IMG/VR virus record: IMGVR_UViG_3300028844_005117
Coordinates: 1-64,000 of that record
Length of the DNA stretch: 64,000 nt
Reading direction: 5' to 3' (one strand)
Source of the DNA: a virus
The notes below the pieces were generated by a model. It was not told the DNA's origin. It saw nothing but the letters and a program-made list of their open reading frames with translations, and made no database searches. Shown in pieces: positions 18,091 to 28,132 of this stretch. Both the position numbers and the translations under genes were made by a program. How positions within the stretch are numbered: position 1 is the first letter of the stretch; each line of letters opens with the position of its first letter.

Positions 18091-20523
18091 TTATTTTGTT
18101 TTTGGTTTCTTCTTTTTGATAACCTTTATCACTATCTTCTCGGACTTTTCATCATAATCAATCCTTAGTGTATCACCTTCTGATGCGTTACCAGATAAGA
18201 CTTCATCAGCAATTGGGTCTTCAACATATCGTTGGATTGTTCTAGCTAATGGTCTTGCACCGTACTCTGGGTCATATCCTTTATCTGCTAAGTACTTTAT
18301 AGCATTCTTACCCAATTTAAGTTCAAACCCCATTTCATTTATCCTTCCTTCTAGGTTTTCTAATTCATTATAAATGATTTTGTGAATATCTTCTGAACTA
18401 AGTCCGTTAAATATAACTGTATCATCAATTCTATTAAGGAATTCTGGTTTGAATTTCTTCTTGAGTGCTTTTTCGATAATATTTCTTGCTCGTTCTTCCT
18501 CATTTGCAATCTCTGCACCAGTATTGAACCCTAATCCTGTTCCGAATTGAGATAATTCTTTGACACCAATGTTAGATGTCATGATGATAAGTGTATTTCT
18601 AAAGTTTACCTTCCTACCAAGTCCATCAGTCAAGTGACCTTCATCTAGTAGTTGTAAAAGTAGATTGAATACATCGTCATGTGCTTTCTCAATCTCATCA
18701 AATAAGATAACTGAGTGTGGTTTTCTACGAACCTTTTCAGTCAATTGACCACCTTCTTCGTAACCAACGTAACCTGGCGGTGGACCAATAAGTCTAGACA
18801 CTGAGAACTTCTCCATATATTCAGACATATCCATTCTAAGAAGATTATCTTCATCACCGAATACATGCTCTGCTAGTAATTTAGCTAGGTATGTCTTACC
18901 AACACCTGTAGGTCCAAGGAAAATGAATGAACCAATTGGTTTCTTACGGTCTTTAATTCCGATACGACTTCTCTTGATTGCCTTAACAACTTTATTTACT
19001 GCATCATCTTGTCCAATAACTTTACCAGTTAAGTCTGTATCCAATTCAAGTAACTTCTTACTTTCTTGTGTAGATATCTTAGATAATGGAATACCAGTCA
19101 TCATTGATACAACCTCACTAATCAAGTCCACATCAACAACAGTTTGTTCTTTAGACATACTCTCAATCCAAATATCCTTAGCTTTAGTCAACTCATCGTT
19201 TATTTTACGTTCCTCATCTCTAAGTGCCGCAGCCTTCTCGTATTTCTGTTTAGTAACAACTAACATTTTTTCCTCCTTGATAACATCTATCTTAAGTTCT
19301 AGTTCCTTTATTTCCTCTGGAGTCTCAACATTTACATTTGTTGATGAACCAGCCTCATCCATGATGTCAATTGCCTTGTCTGGCATTGCTCTATCAGAAA
19401 TATATCTATCAGCCATTTTAACACATTCCTCAATAGCTTCATCAGTATAGGTAACCTTGTGGTGTGCCTCGTATCTATCACGAATATTTTTAAGTATTGT
19501 AATTGTTTCCTCTAAACTTGGCTCTTCAATTAATACTTGTTGGAATCTTCTTGTAAGTGCACCATTGTTTGATGCATCTAAAGAACCAGAAGCATTACCA
19601 GCCCCAACAATTGTATGGATTTCATCAATAAATAAAACAACATCTGGGTTCTTCTTTAATTCTTCAAGGATAGCTTTCATTCTTTCCTCAAATTGACCTC
19701 TATATTTTGTACCAGCAACAATAGATGCTAAATCCAATGAATATAATTTCTTATCTAAAAGTGTTATTGGTGCCTTACCATCTTTGATTAGTTGGGCTAA
19801 CCCTTCAACGATGGAAGTTTTACCAACACCTGGCTCACCGATAAGAATCGGATTATTCTTCTTTCTTCTAGATAGTATTTGTGAAACTCTCTTGATTTCT
19901 TTCTCACGTCCAATAACATGGTCAATCTTCCCTTCATCAACAGCCTTGCTGATATCACGACAAAAGTTATCTAAGACTGGTGTTTTAGTAGCACTAATTT
20001 TCCCCTTAGATTTTTTACCACCAGTTCCACCTTCGTTACCAAAATCATATTCATCTTCATTTGTGGAATTATTAATATCTTCTCTCATTTGTTTAATCAT
20101 TTGTTTAAAACTCTTATAATTCACACCCATATTTAATATAATCTTCTTAGTTTGTGTATTATTCTTTAGGATTGCTAACATTAAATGTGTGGTGTCAATC
20201 ATAGTATCATCAACTCCTTCACACTCTTCATCAACAGAATTAAAGATAAGTTTGGTTATTTTACAGAATGGTCTCTTTAACTTCTTAGCATTAACTAATC
20301 TAGGTGTTAAGTCTGATTTGTTTAAGTGGTCATAGACTAAGTCATAGAGTATATTGATATCTACACCTAGGGCTTCTAAAATATCAATACATTTATTGTT
20401 ATTATTTTTTATTATCGAAAGTGTGATGTGTTCTGGTCTAACATTTACATCATCCATATCTTTCGCTATAACCATCGAGTCATTGATGATTCTTTTTACT
20501 TTTGGTATTATTTCTCTCTTCAT
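18091..20523 (-). CDS. clpC: ClpC/ClpB-family AAA+ chaperone with internal in-frame deletion
   Basis: Clp-N domain, GEPGVGKT, FIDEIH, UVR coiled coil, GPTGVGKT, GYVGY, FDEIEKAH; start MKREIIPK at 20523 with TATATTTG upstream. Confidence 0.9.
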   Translation of the reverse strand: MKREIIPKVKRIINDSMVIAKDMDDVNVRPEHITLSIIKNNNNKCIDILEALGVDINILYDLVYDHLNKSDLTPRLVNAKKLKRPFCKITKLIFNSVDEECEGVDDTMIDTTHLMLAILKNNTQTKKIILNMGVNYKSFKQMIKQMREDINNSTNEDEYDFGNEGGTGGKKSKGKISATKTPVLDNFCRDISKAVDEGKIDHVIGREKEIKRVSQILSRRKKNNPILIGEPGVGKTSIVEGLAQLIKDGKAPITLLDKKLYSLDLASIVAGTKYRGQFEERMKAILEELKKNPDVVLFIDEIHTIVGAGNASGSLDASNNGALTRRFQQVLIEEPSLEETITILKNIRDRYEAHHKVTYTDEAIEECVKMADRYISDRAMPDKAIDIMDEAGSSTNVNVETPEEIKELELKIDVIKEEKMLVVTKQKYEKAAALRDEERKINDELTKAKDIWIESMSKEQTVVDVDLISEVVSMMTGIPLSKISTQESKKLLELDTDLTGKVIGQDDAVNKVVKAIKRSRIGIKDRKKPIGSFIFLGPTGVGKTYLAKLLAEHVFGDEDNLLRMDMSEYMEKFSVSRLIGPPPGYVGYEEGGQLTEKVRRKPHSVILFDEIEKAHDDVFNLLLQLLDEGHLTDGLGRKVNFRNTLIIMTSNIGVKELSQFGTGLGFNTGAEIANEEERARNIIEKALKKKFKPEFLNRIDDTVIFNGLSSEDIHKIIYNELENLEGRINEMGFELKLGKNAIKYLADKGYDPEYGARPLARTIQRYVEDPIADEVLSGNASEGDTLRIDYDEKSEKIVIKVIKKKKPKTK

Positions 20524-20529
20524 ATCTTC

Positions 20530-20593
20530 CAAATATACTACAAATTTATTATTAAAACAACCTTGATTTTTAATAATAAATAGCGTATATTTG
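20530..20593. promoter_or_regulatory. divergent Bacteroidota-type promoters (clpC / KTSC-thyA)
   Basis: TATATTTG on minus 20530-20537 and plus 20586-20593. Confidence 0.65.
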
Positions 20594-20633
20594 GAGTATA
20601 ACGAAAATAACAAAAAAGTAAATCTTAAAACAC

Positions 20634-21086
20634 ATGTTAGTAAAAAGAACAGAAAAAGACGGAGTAGTAAATGCACTCTATGATTCAAGCAATATTCTAG
20701 GCTCAAAATGGAATGGAAAAAATTTAACCGTACTCTTTAAGCACGGTGCATCATACACGTATAACGATGTATCTAAAACAGACTATATGAGATTCGAGAC
20801 TGCTGACAGTCAAGGTGTGGTATTAAACGCTAAGATTAAAGCATATAGCTTTACTAAGAATGATGCTGTTGATGGTCAAGAATTAATCAACGAAGTAAAC
20901 CAAGCTAAAGCTGATACCCTTACTAAATTTGAGGAAGGTCTTGTTGATGAGATGAGACTTATTGTTTCTGCTTATGAAACTAGTCCAATATTAACTAAAC
21001 AATCAATCGAAAGACTTGGGGAGATGCTTGTAAAGCATGGTGAGTTAGGTGGAGCCGCATCATTAAAGCTTTGTGCTTGTGATTAA
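20634..21086 (+). CDS. KTSC-domain protein
   Basis: SSNI...LTVLFKHGASYTYNDV...ADSQG. Confidence 0.75.
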   Translation: MLVKRTEKDGVVNALYDSSNILGSKWNGKNLTVLFKHGASYTYNDVSKTDYMRFETADSQGVVLNAKIKAYSFTKNDAVDGQELINEVNQAKADTLTKFEEGLVDEMRLIVSAYETSPILTKQSIERLGEMLVKHGELGGAASLKLCACD

Positions 21087-22095
21087 TGTTGATAAGGGTT
21101 ATACCGACCTTTTGTATAAGATAATTGATAATGGTGTGATTAAAGAAAATAGAACTGGTACTCCTACTATTTCTATTTTCTCACACACACTTGAGATTGA
21201 TATGTCTGATGGTTTTCCTCTTCTTACAACTAAGAAGATGTTTTCAAAGGGTATTATCCATGAACTACTTTGGTTCTTAAACGGTGACACCAACGTAAAA
21301 TACCTTGTTGATAATGGAGTTAATATTTGGACACCAGATGCATATAAAAAATTCGAGCGGTTAGATTGGTATGATACTGGCTTCGATGAGATGTCAAAGG
21401 ATAAGTATTCAGAAAAGATTAAGTCAGATAAAGACTTTGCCGATAAATGGGGTGAGTTAGGTCCTATTTATGGTCACCAATGGAGAAAGTGGAATGGTAA
21501 TGTAGACCAAATTAAAGATGTAATTGATAAGCTGAGGTTTAATCCAGACTCTCGTAGAATTATGGTTAGTGCTTGGAACGTTAGTGATTTAGATAAAATG
21601 ACACTACCACCTTGTCATTGGTCCTTCGAGTTATATACTGAGGAATTGACTGATGAAGAAAGGATAGAATGGCTTAATACTCATAACGTATTTGTTTCTA
21701 AAAGTCAAAGTAACGAAGATGGTACCCTAACAGAAAGTGGTAAGAAACAACTAGATAAAATAATCCCAAAGCGTAAACTTTCACTTAAGTGGCACCAACG
21801 TTCGGTGGATACATTCTTAGGACTTCCATTTAACATAGCTAGTTATGCATTGTTGTTAGAGATGTTTGCACAACAATGTAATATGGTTCCAGATAAGTTA
21901 ATCGGTGACCTCACCAACGTACATATCTATACGAATCATCTAGAACAATCTTTAGAACAAATTGGTCGAATACCAATGAAGTTATGTAAACTTAAATTGA
22001 AAAAAGCTGATGATATCTTTTCGTATACGTTTGATGATGTTCAGTTTCTTGATTATGAGTCACATCCACCCATAAAGGGTAAGATATCCGTTTAA
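21073..22095 (+). CDS. thyA: thymidylate synthase
   Basis: RTGT, FPLLTTKK, ELLWFL, LPPCH, QRSVDTFLGLPFNIASY, HIY. Confidence 0.97.
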   Translation: MLVINVDKGYTDLLYKIIDNGVIKENRTGTPTISIFSHTLEIDMSDGFPLLTTKKMFSKGIIHELLWFLNGDTNVKYLVDNGVNIWTPDAYKKFERLDWYDTGFDEMSKDKYSEKIKSDKDFADKWGELGPIYGHQWRKWNGNVDQIKDVIDKLRFNPDSRRIMVSAWNVSDLDKMTLPPCHWSFELYTEELTDEERIEWLNTHNVFVSKSQSNEDGTLTESGKKQLDKIIPKRKLSLKWHQRSVDTFLGLPFNIASYALLLEMFAQQCNMVPDKLIGDLTNVHIYTNHLEQSLEQIGRIPMKLCKLKLKKADDIFSYTFDDVQFLDYESHPPIKGKISV

Positions 22096-22179
22096 AATGT
22101 AACTAAAGTACCCATGTGGTGCTTTTTTTATTATCTAGAGATATTTATATTTATAAAGTAGAATTTTAATAAAATAGAT

Positions 22180-22431
22180 ATGCCATTACACAACGGAATT
22201 AATTCAATTATCCATTTATCATCAAGTGCAGATACTAGCGGTTACACATATACACAAGTTTATGCTGGTGCTGGTGCATCTCCCGTAATTAACGGGGTAA
22301 CAGTGGTTATGGCTGCTGGGTCAACAATAGATGTGGTAGTAAATACAATAAGTTCAACTGCCAATGTATATGTTATTGGTGATGCTGCTAGTACTACGGA
22401 CCCAGGTGGAACTGCTGGTATAATTTTATAA
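22180..22431 (+). CDS. small late, probably virion, protein
   Basis: Late motif at 22142; G/A/T/V-rich sequence. Confidence 0.6.
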   Translation: MPLHNGINSIIHLSSSADTSGYTYTQVYAGAGASPVINGVTVVMAAGSTIDVVVNTISSTANVYVIGDAASTTDPGGTAGIIL

Positions 22432-22474
22432 CTTTACAGAAATCACTAATATTTATATAAAAAGATTAATAAAC

Positions 22475-23260
22475 ATGAAAAACTCAAATATAAGACCAGT
22501 TGGATTAAAAGGACAGGAGAACATCAGTAGAATGAAAGACTTGATGGATATAACACCAATCAAAGAAAGTGTAAATAGGTCTGTTGTAGAAATATCCAAA
22601 ATGGGACCAGATGGTAAAGCTTACGCTATCGTTAAAGAAAACAGTGAGTATTACATCAAGGTTAGTGATAAGACTGAAAACTTAGTAACTGAGGATTTCA
22701 ATTACATGGGTGGTCTTATGAACAAAAAGAGTGAGGCTTATCCTTCATATGCTAAGGCAACTAAACATTTAAACCTTAAATTCATGTCATTGGCTGAATC
22801 ATTAGGTACTGAGAAAGTATTCAACATACTTAGAAATGATAACCTATTAAACGAGGGAACAGACATCAACGGTGGTGACGCTAAGGTTGATAAAAAGACT
22901 TCTGGTGATAACCTTGCAACTGGTGATAACATCGGAGAAGATGATTTCGAGAAAGCTAAGGCTGATGGAACAAAAGATGGTAACACTGGTACACACGCTG
23001 AAAAGCATGTAATGGAAGAAGTTGAATTAACAGAGGACGAAACATACATCGATGAGATGATTGACCCAAGTAAAGTAGTAGAGGAAGAAGAAATTACTGA
23101 ATCTAAAACAAACAAAGGTATTAGTATTGCTGAATCAATGGAAAAAATTGATGGTATTATTGATTCCGTTACACCAAGTGATAAGGTTAATGAAATCCTT
23201 GAAGGACTTACTGAAAGTGAGACTCTTAGATTAGCAGAACTTTTAAAAAAAAAAGCATAA
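22475..23260 (+). CDS. head-associated acidic protein (N-terminal part of a probable -1 frameshift fusion)
   Basis: Late motif at 22450; ends CTT TTA AAA AAA AAA GCA TAA. Confidence 0.8.
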   Translation: MKNSNIRPVGLKGQENISRMKDLMDITPIKESVNRSVVEISKMGPDGKAYAIVKENSEYYIKVSDKTENLVTEDFNYMGGLMNKKSEAYPSYAKATKHLNLKFMSLAESLGTEKVFNILRNDNLLNEGTDINGGDAKVDKKTSGDNLATGDNIGEDDFEKAKADGTKDGNTGTHAEKHVMEEVELTEDETYIDEMIDPSKVVEEEEITESKTNKGISIAESMEKIDGIIDSVTPSDKVNEILEGLTESETLRLAELLKKKA

Positions 23261-24882
23261 GTGAAAATTCTATAGAACTAAAAACTTTAGGTGAATCAGA
23301 AGAAGCATGGAAATCTGGTGATGGAGTTGAATTTCTAGATAATTTAGTATTTGTTCGAGTTGTTACTGATAATAAAGTTGTTGGTAAGGAAAGAATGTTG
23401 ACACCTAACCCAGATTTGGGAAATTTTAATTTTGAGTTAATTAAAAAATTAAATGGTGGTAAGTCTTGGTTAATGACTGATTCTTATGGTAACAAATATG
23501 TAATCTCAACAAACGAATTAAATAAAAGAGGTGGTAGTCTAGGTAATAAATGGAATGATTCTGGGATTTCATCAATTGGTGAAGCATCACAAAAAAACAT
23601 AACTGAGGCTAATACTATTGTTTGGTCTAAAAGTGAATTAACAAAAATGGTTTACCAAGATGGTAAGCCATATTTCAGTAAACCTAAGGTGTTCGCTTCA
23701 ATTGAAGATTTAACAACTGATATAAACCATTATAAAAATAATGATATTTATAAGGATTATAAATTAATCATAAATGAGACTCATTCTGATGGGATGTCTA
23801 CTGGTCTATTTGCAGACGAGGAAGATGGTTATAACATAGATACAAAAAATTTAGAGGAAACAAAATACGTGTTGAAGGGCAGTGCCCCTTCAACCGATTC
23901 TTCTATGGAAGATGAAATGCCTTTACCAGATGATGCAGAAATGGAAGACCCGTTAGCTGGATTAGATGATATGGATGCTGAGGGTGGTGATAAACCATTT
24001 GATGATGAACCATTCGATGCTGAGGTTGAGGCTGATGAAGATACAGACCCAGAAAAATACATACAACAACTTTCTGGAAAATTAGGACAATCACTAAGAC
24101 AATATACCGAAGATGAAGGTCAACCAGACTTTGACCTTGAGAAATTTGCAGTTAATTCTGTATTATCCGCTACACATACAGGTGAGATGGACAAAGAAGA
24201 CCAACGAGATATTATTAACAAGGTTAAAGATTCTGGGAATGAGGACCCAGAAGACATGCCTGTAGATGGTGAAGAAGATATTGAAGAACCAATAGATAAT
24301 GAGGTAGAGAATGAAGACAACTTCGACTTTGGTGAGGAACCAGTAGAAGAAGCAGACTCTAGATTTGGTAAAGATGAACGTTGGGGTTCTGGTGATAAAC
24401 GTTGGGGAGATGATGACCGTTGGGGTGCTGGTTTGCAAGAGTCAGAAAAAAATCGTACCTTTGTAGATAAAGACAAAATTATGGAAGCTGCTGAACCATT
24501 GGTGGAACCTGTTACTAAACCAACAGTAAAACCAGAGAGAAAAAGAGAAATTGATAGACCATTCTTACCAAAGAGAAAAGATAAGGTTAAAGTACCACCT
24601 AAGGCTGGAGAAATGATGCATGAAGAAGGTGATTCAGAAGGAATCGAATTCAACGGGAGTGTGGTTGATGTTAATACTATTAACATTGAAGGTGTTAAGG
24701 TTAATGATTATCCAGACTTTGTAGATGCATTTATAGCTTCTGCATCATATGTAAATGGTAAACCTTTAACTGATGATGAGTTAGTTAACTTTCAAGGTGA
24801 AAATGATATGTTAGTAAATGATATAATTTTTGACAAACAGCTTTATGCGTCTTATGATGAAGACGGAGGTAAATACGAATAA
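23254..24882 (+). CDS. acidic head-associated protein (-1 frame continuation)
   Basis: Frame is open from 23230, about 55 codons before the first ATG (23395). Confidence 0.75.
   Translation, partial: SISENSIELKTLGESEEAWKSGDGVEFLDNLVFVRVVTDNKVVGKERMLTPNPDLGNFNFELIKKLNGGKSWLMTDSYGNKYVISTNELNKRGGSLGNKWNDSGISSIGEASQKNITEANTIVWSKSELTKMVYQDGKPYFSKPKVFASIEDLTTDINHYKNNDIYKDYKLIINETHSDGMSTGLFADEEDGYNIDTKNLEETKYVLKGSAPSTDSSMEDEMPLPDDAEMEDPLAGLDDMDAEGGDKPFDDEPFDAEVEADEDTDPEKYIQQLSGKLGQSLRQYTEDEGQPDFDLEKFAVNSVLSATHTGEMDKEDQRDIINKVKDSGNEDPEDMPVDGEEDIEEPIDNEVENEDNFDFGEEPVEEADSRFGKDERWGSGDKRWGDDDRWGAGLQESEKNRTFVDKDKIMEAAEPLVEPVTKPTVKPERKREIDRPFLPKRKDKVKVPPKAGEMMHEEGDSEGIEFNGSVVDVNTINIEGVKVNDYPDFVDAFIASASYVNGKPLTDDELVNFQGENDMLVNDIIFDKQLYASYDEDGGKYE
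24373..24432 (+). repeat. three DxRWG coding repeats
   Basis: cgttgggg three times; DERWGSGDKRWGDDDRWGAG. Confidence 0.8.
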
Positions 24883-24884
24883 TA

Positions 24885-25313
24885 ATGGAAGAATTATACT
24901 TGATATATATTCATGTGATTGGGAGTGATAGAAAGGGTGTTGCACTCTATGAGTTTATCTTTTCAGATACAAAAGAAAATGTTGATGGTGATGGTTGGGA
25001 TTCAATCCCAGCTGGTGGTAATCCAAACCCTCCATTTGAAGAATTGGTAAAGAAAGTTGGTGTATTGGTATCACCAGATAAACAATTTAATGTCATACAA
25101 GATAATGATTCATTTTCAGTATGGGATGCAGTAGATGGGGTAATTGGATTAGCTTGGGAGAATATGGATGGTTATGAAGTATACCCAGAATCAAGATTAC
25201 ACTTTCACTTCGGTGAAGAAATAAAAGATGTAGAGTCAAAGCTTTACGAACATGACCTAATATTAGATTACAAGAAAGAATTGAGCAATGGACAGAAAGA
25301 AGAAGATAACTAA
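24885..25313 (+). CDS. hypothetical protein (head module)
   Basis: ORF; DAVDGVIGLAWE motif. Confidence 0.75.
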   Translation: MEELYLIYIHVIGSDRKGVALYEFIFSDTKENVDGDGWDSIPAGGNPNPPFEELVKKVGVLVSPDKQFNVIQDNDSFSVWDAVDGVIGLAWENMDGYEVYPESRLHFHFGEEIKDVESKLYEHDLILDYKKELSNGQKEEDN

Positions 25314-25881
25314 AGGGTTAAAGACCATAAATGAAGGAGGACCTATTGATGCTAAGGAATTAGAAGCAAATATCGATAATTTAGTTGATATCGCTGGGAA
25401 TAGTTTAGGTATTGACGAGCCAGAAGCTAAAAGTTTTGTTGCTGGTATTGTTGGTGAGGGTGATGGTGTTGTAAGTAGAGGTATTGAACACGGAATGAAC
25501 CCAGAGGTTCAAGCTGATGAATACGAAGATTATAGAGCTCTTATGAACCAATTAGCATCTGATGAAGGTGAAACACCAATAGATGAGGGTAATGACCCAG
25601 TAAAACTTAAGAACGATGTTGCTAGGGTTTTAGGAAAATTAGATATGTCGTCTATTCAACCATACTTAGTAAAGATAGATAATCCAACAGAACAAGCAGA
25701 AATGATTGGGCAATTTGCTGAAAAAATTGGGGTACCAAGAGCAAAACTTACAGCAATAATTGCACAACTTAAAATTACATCAAAAGCAGAACAAAATGGT
25801 GCACCTCAAAATACCGCAAATGAAAATATAAAGACTAATAAGAACGTTATAAGAACAGTTAAAGTAAAAGATATTAAGTAA
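25288..25881 (+). CDS. hypothetical protein (head module)
   Basis: ORF translationally coupled to its neighbours. Confidence 0.7.
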   Translation: MDRKKKITKGLKTINEGGPIDAKELEANIDNLVDIAGNSLGIDEPEAKSFVAGIVGEGDGVVSRGIEHGMNPEVQADEYEDYRALMNQLASDEGETPIDEGNDPVKLKNDVARVLGKLDMSSIQPYLVKIDNPTEQAEMIGQFAEKIGVPRAKLTAIIAQLKITSKAEQNGAPQNTANENIKTNKNVIRTVKVKDIK

Positions 25882-27092
25882 TGGATTATAGAAAACTAGC
25901 AAAGAAGTCTTTAGATGAGGCAAGGAAACCTAAGCAACCAATGAATGAGAACATTAGGTATGCTGAGGGTCATAGTGAAAGAATGGACCCACAACTTGAA
26001 AGAGAGTTAAAGGAAAGAAAACATTCATTAGGTGACCACCCAATATTTCCAGAGAGTGATGAAATGACTTTCGAACAAAAGATTGTTGGTGAGAGATTCG
26101 AAGATGTAATGAAGAATTACAAAGAGAAATTTGAGGTTAGTGAAATAGATAACCAAGCAGTTATGCATGACCAATTACCAATGGTTAGTGATTGTGTTGA
26201 GATTGAGAGTAAGCATAAGAAAGAACTTGAAGACCTAGCTGTTCAAATGATTAGAGATGAATACAATATATCTGAGGATGTTTGTGAGATTACAGCTGAA
26301 TTGACTTCTACTATAGATATGGAAGGTACTAAGCGTGAGAAGTCACCAGTAGCTGTAGATTTAGAATTTGATAACCATGCTCAAATAAAAGAAGCTAACG
26401 CTGGGGTATATAAAAGAAGATTCCTTAATGCTATGACACAAGGGGCGGCTAAGAAGTCAAGTCACATGTTCCATATGGTTAAGAAAGAATTATTAGATAT
26501 AGACCCAACACTTAGCACTAAGTATGCTAAACTTATAGCAGCCGCTGATTACTGTTATTTTGTTATCCCAAATATGGACCAACAAGTTAATGGTGGTGTT
26601 GTTAGTGTTACCCTTCCAACAGAAGAAAACCCTAAGTGTCAAATACACGCACAAGGTATGGTATTCCCAGTACTTGTACATGAGTTGGTTAAGGGTGTTA
26701 TGGAAATCCTTTCAGCACATGGTTTACCAGAAGAGGAAAAGATGGCTGAATACGTAATTGGTAAGGCTGACTTCTTAGCAGCTGAACCATGGGATATGAG
26801 ATTAGGACCAGCATTGTGGGAACGATTTACAAAACTATTTGAAGGTGAAGATTTTAAATATAAACATAATGTTTATTCTGAATTAGCTTCATTACCAATT
26901 GAAGAGTTTAATCATAATATGAGAGAAATCATGGCTGGGACTAGTGAAGGTAAAGAAATCATTTCAAGATTAGTTGAAGAAACGAAGAGTAGAATTAAGG
27001 ATGATGAATACCGAGACGAGATTGGGGATGACGACTCCAACGGATTCTCACTAAATGACTTAGACGATATCGACATAAACGACTTATTGTAA
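25881..27092 (+). CDS. hypothetical head-module protein
   Basis: 403-aa ORF; FPVLVHELVKGVME and EPWDMRLGP motifs. Confidence 0.8.
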   Translation: MDYRKLAKKSLDEARKPKQPMNENIRYAEGHSERMDPQLERELKERKHSLGDHPIFPESDEMTFEQKIVGERFEDVMKNYKEKFEVSEIDNQAVMHDQLPMVSDCVEIESKHKKELEDLAVQMIRDEYNISEDVCEITAELTSTIDMEGTKREKSPVAVDLEFDNHAQIKEANAGVYKRRFLNAMTQGAAKKSSHMFHMVKKELLDIDPTLSTKYAKLIAAADYCYFVIPNMDQQVNGGVVSVTLPTEENPKCQIHAQGMVFPVLVHELVKGVMEILSAHGLPEEEKMAEYVIGKADFLAAEPWDMRLGPALWERFTKLFEGEDFKYKHNVYSELASLPIEEFNHNMREIMAGTSEGKEIISRLVEETKSRIKDDEYRDEIGDDDSNGFSLNDLDDIDINDLL

Positions 27093-27095
27093 AAG

Positions 27096-27121
27096 AAAGC
27101 CTCACCTAGTGAGGCTTTTTT
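27096..27121 (+). terminator. intrinsic terminator
   Basis: aaagcctcac-cta-gtgaggcttt followed by a T run. Confidence 0.85.
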
Positions 27122-27175
27122 GTTTTAGTATATATTTTTTTTATTTTCGTATTATATTTATCAAAACTAAAATAT

Positions 27176-28081
27176 ATGGTAAGTATTGATATTACAAAGG
27201 AATACATTAAATGTGTTAATAACCCTCAATATTCTATTGAGAATTATTTTAAGATTTGGAATAACGTGGTAGGTGATTATGTACCGTTTAAGTTGTTATC
27301 AAATCAAAAACTAGTTATAGACGGTTACGAAACAAATAAACTAAATATAGTTAAGAAATATAGACAAGCTGGTATATCATCTATAAGTGAGGCTTATTTG
27401 TCACATAAGGTGGCTTTCAGTGACCCAGACAACCCAGAATTGGTTATGGTGGTATCAAATAAGTTAGATTTGGGTAAACATATGTTAGCTAAGATGAAGA
27501 ACTTTTTATTAACTTTACCTAGATGGGTTTGGGGTTCAGAATACTATGGTTCAGAAGAAAATGAAAGTAAGTCAATTTTTATAGTAGACAATCAAGTAGA
27601 AGCTGTATTACCAAATGGTTCTATGATTAAGGTCACCTCATCCAGACCAGATGCATTCAGAGGGTGGGCACCAACATATATATTAATGGATGAGGCAGCA
27701 TTTATTGATAAGAACGATGAGTTATTTATGGCTACTTATGCTTCACTAGCTGTTGGTTGTAGGTTGATTATGGTTTCAACCCCTAATGGTATGGATGGAT
27801 TATTCCATAAAACTTTCATGGGTGTTGTTTGCGGTCAAAATAATTTCAATTTAATTGAATTGAACTGGTGGGATGATGAACGATTCAATAAAGACCTTAA
27901 ATGGGTTATTGAAATAGATGGTAAAATAATCGACACCTTAATTGGGGTTTTACCAGAATATTATGATAAAGTAATACTTGCTGGTTATAAACCAACAAAT
28001 GAATGGTATGAAAAAATGCGAATAATGCTTAATTATAACGAAAAACAACTCCAACAAGAGATGGGTGGGTTTGTGATTTAG
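27176..28081 (+). CDS. terminase large subunit paralog, ATPase domain only
   Basis: KYRQAGIS, LMDEAAF, STPNG; colinear with the N-terminal half of TerL; no nuclease domain. Confidence 0.85.
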   Translation: MVSIDITKEYIKCVNNPQYSIENYFKIWNNVVGDYVPFKLLSNQKLVIDGYETNKLNIVKKYRQAGISSISEAYLSHKVAFSDPDNPELVMVVSNKLDLGKHMLAKMKNFLLTLPRWVWGSEYYGSEENESKSIFIVDNQVEAVLPNGSMIKVTSSRPDAFRGWAPTYILMDEAAFIDKNDELFMATYASLAVGCRLIMVSTPNGMDGLFHKTFMGVVCGQNNFNLIELNWWDDERFNKDLKWVIEIDGKIIDTLIGVLPEYYDKVILAGYKPTNEWYEKMRIMLNYNEKQLQQEMGGFVI

Positions 28082-28092
28082 AGCTATTTGGG

Positions 28093-28132
28093 CTTGTTAA
28101 CATATTTATAATAAAAAGAATATGTTAACAAG
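28093..28132 (+). promoter_or_regulatory. 14-bp hairpin overlapping the late motif and sequestering the terL ATG
   Basis: cttgttaacatatt / aatatgttaacaag perfect inverted repeat; TATTTATA at 28103-28110. Confidence 0.75.

Noticed and set aside
18923-20119. Long plus-strand ORFs opposite clpC (similar ones oppose MCP, terL, portal and the glycan genes)
   Set aside because: Antisense shadows of genuine genes; Ser/Leu/Ile-rich with no motifs
20524-20706. 61-aa N-terminal extension of ClpC in the ORF track
   Set aside because: Overlaps the divergent promoters and the KTSC gene; ATG 20523 fits the Clp-N domain
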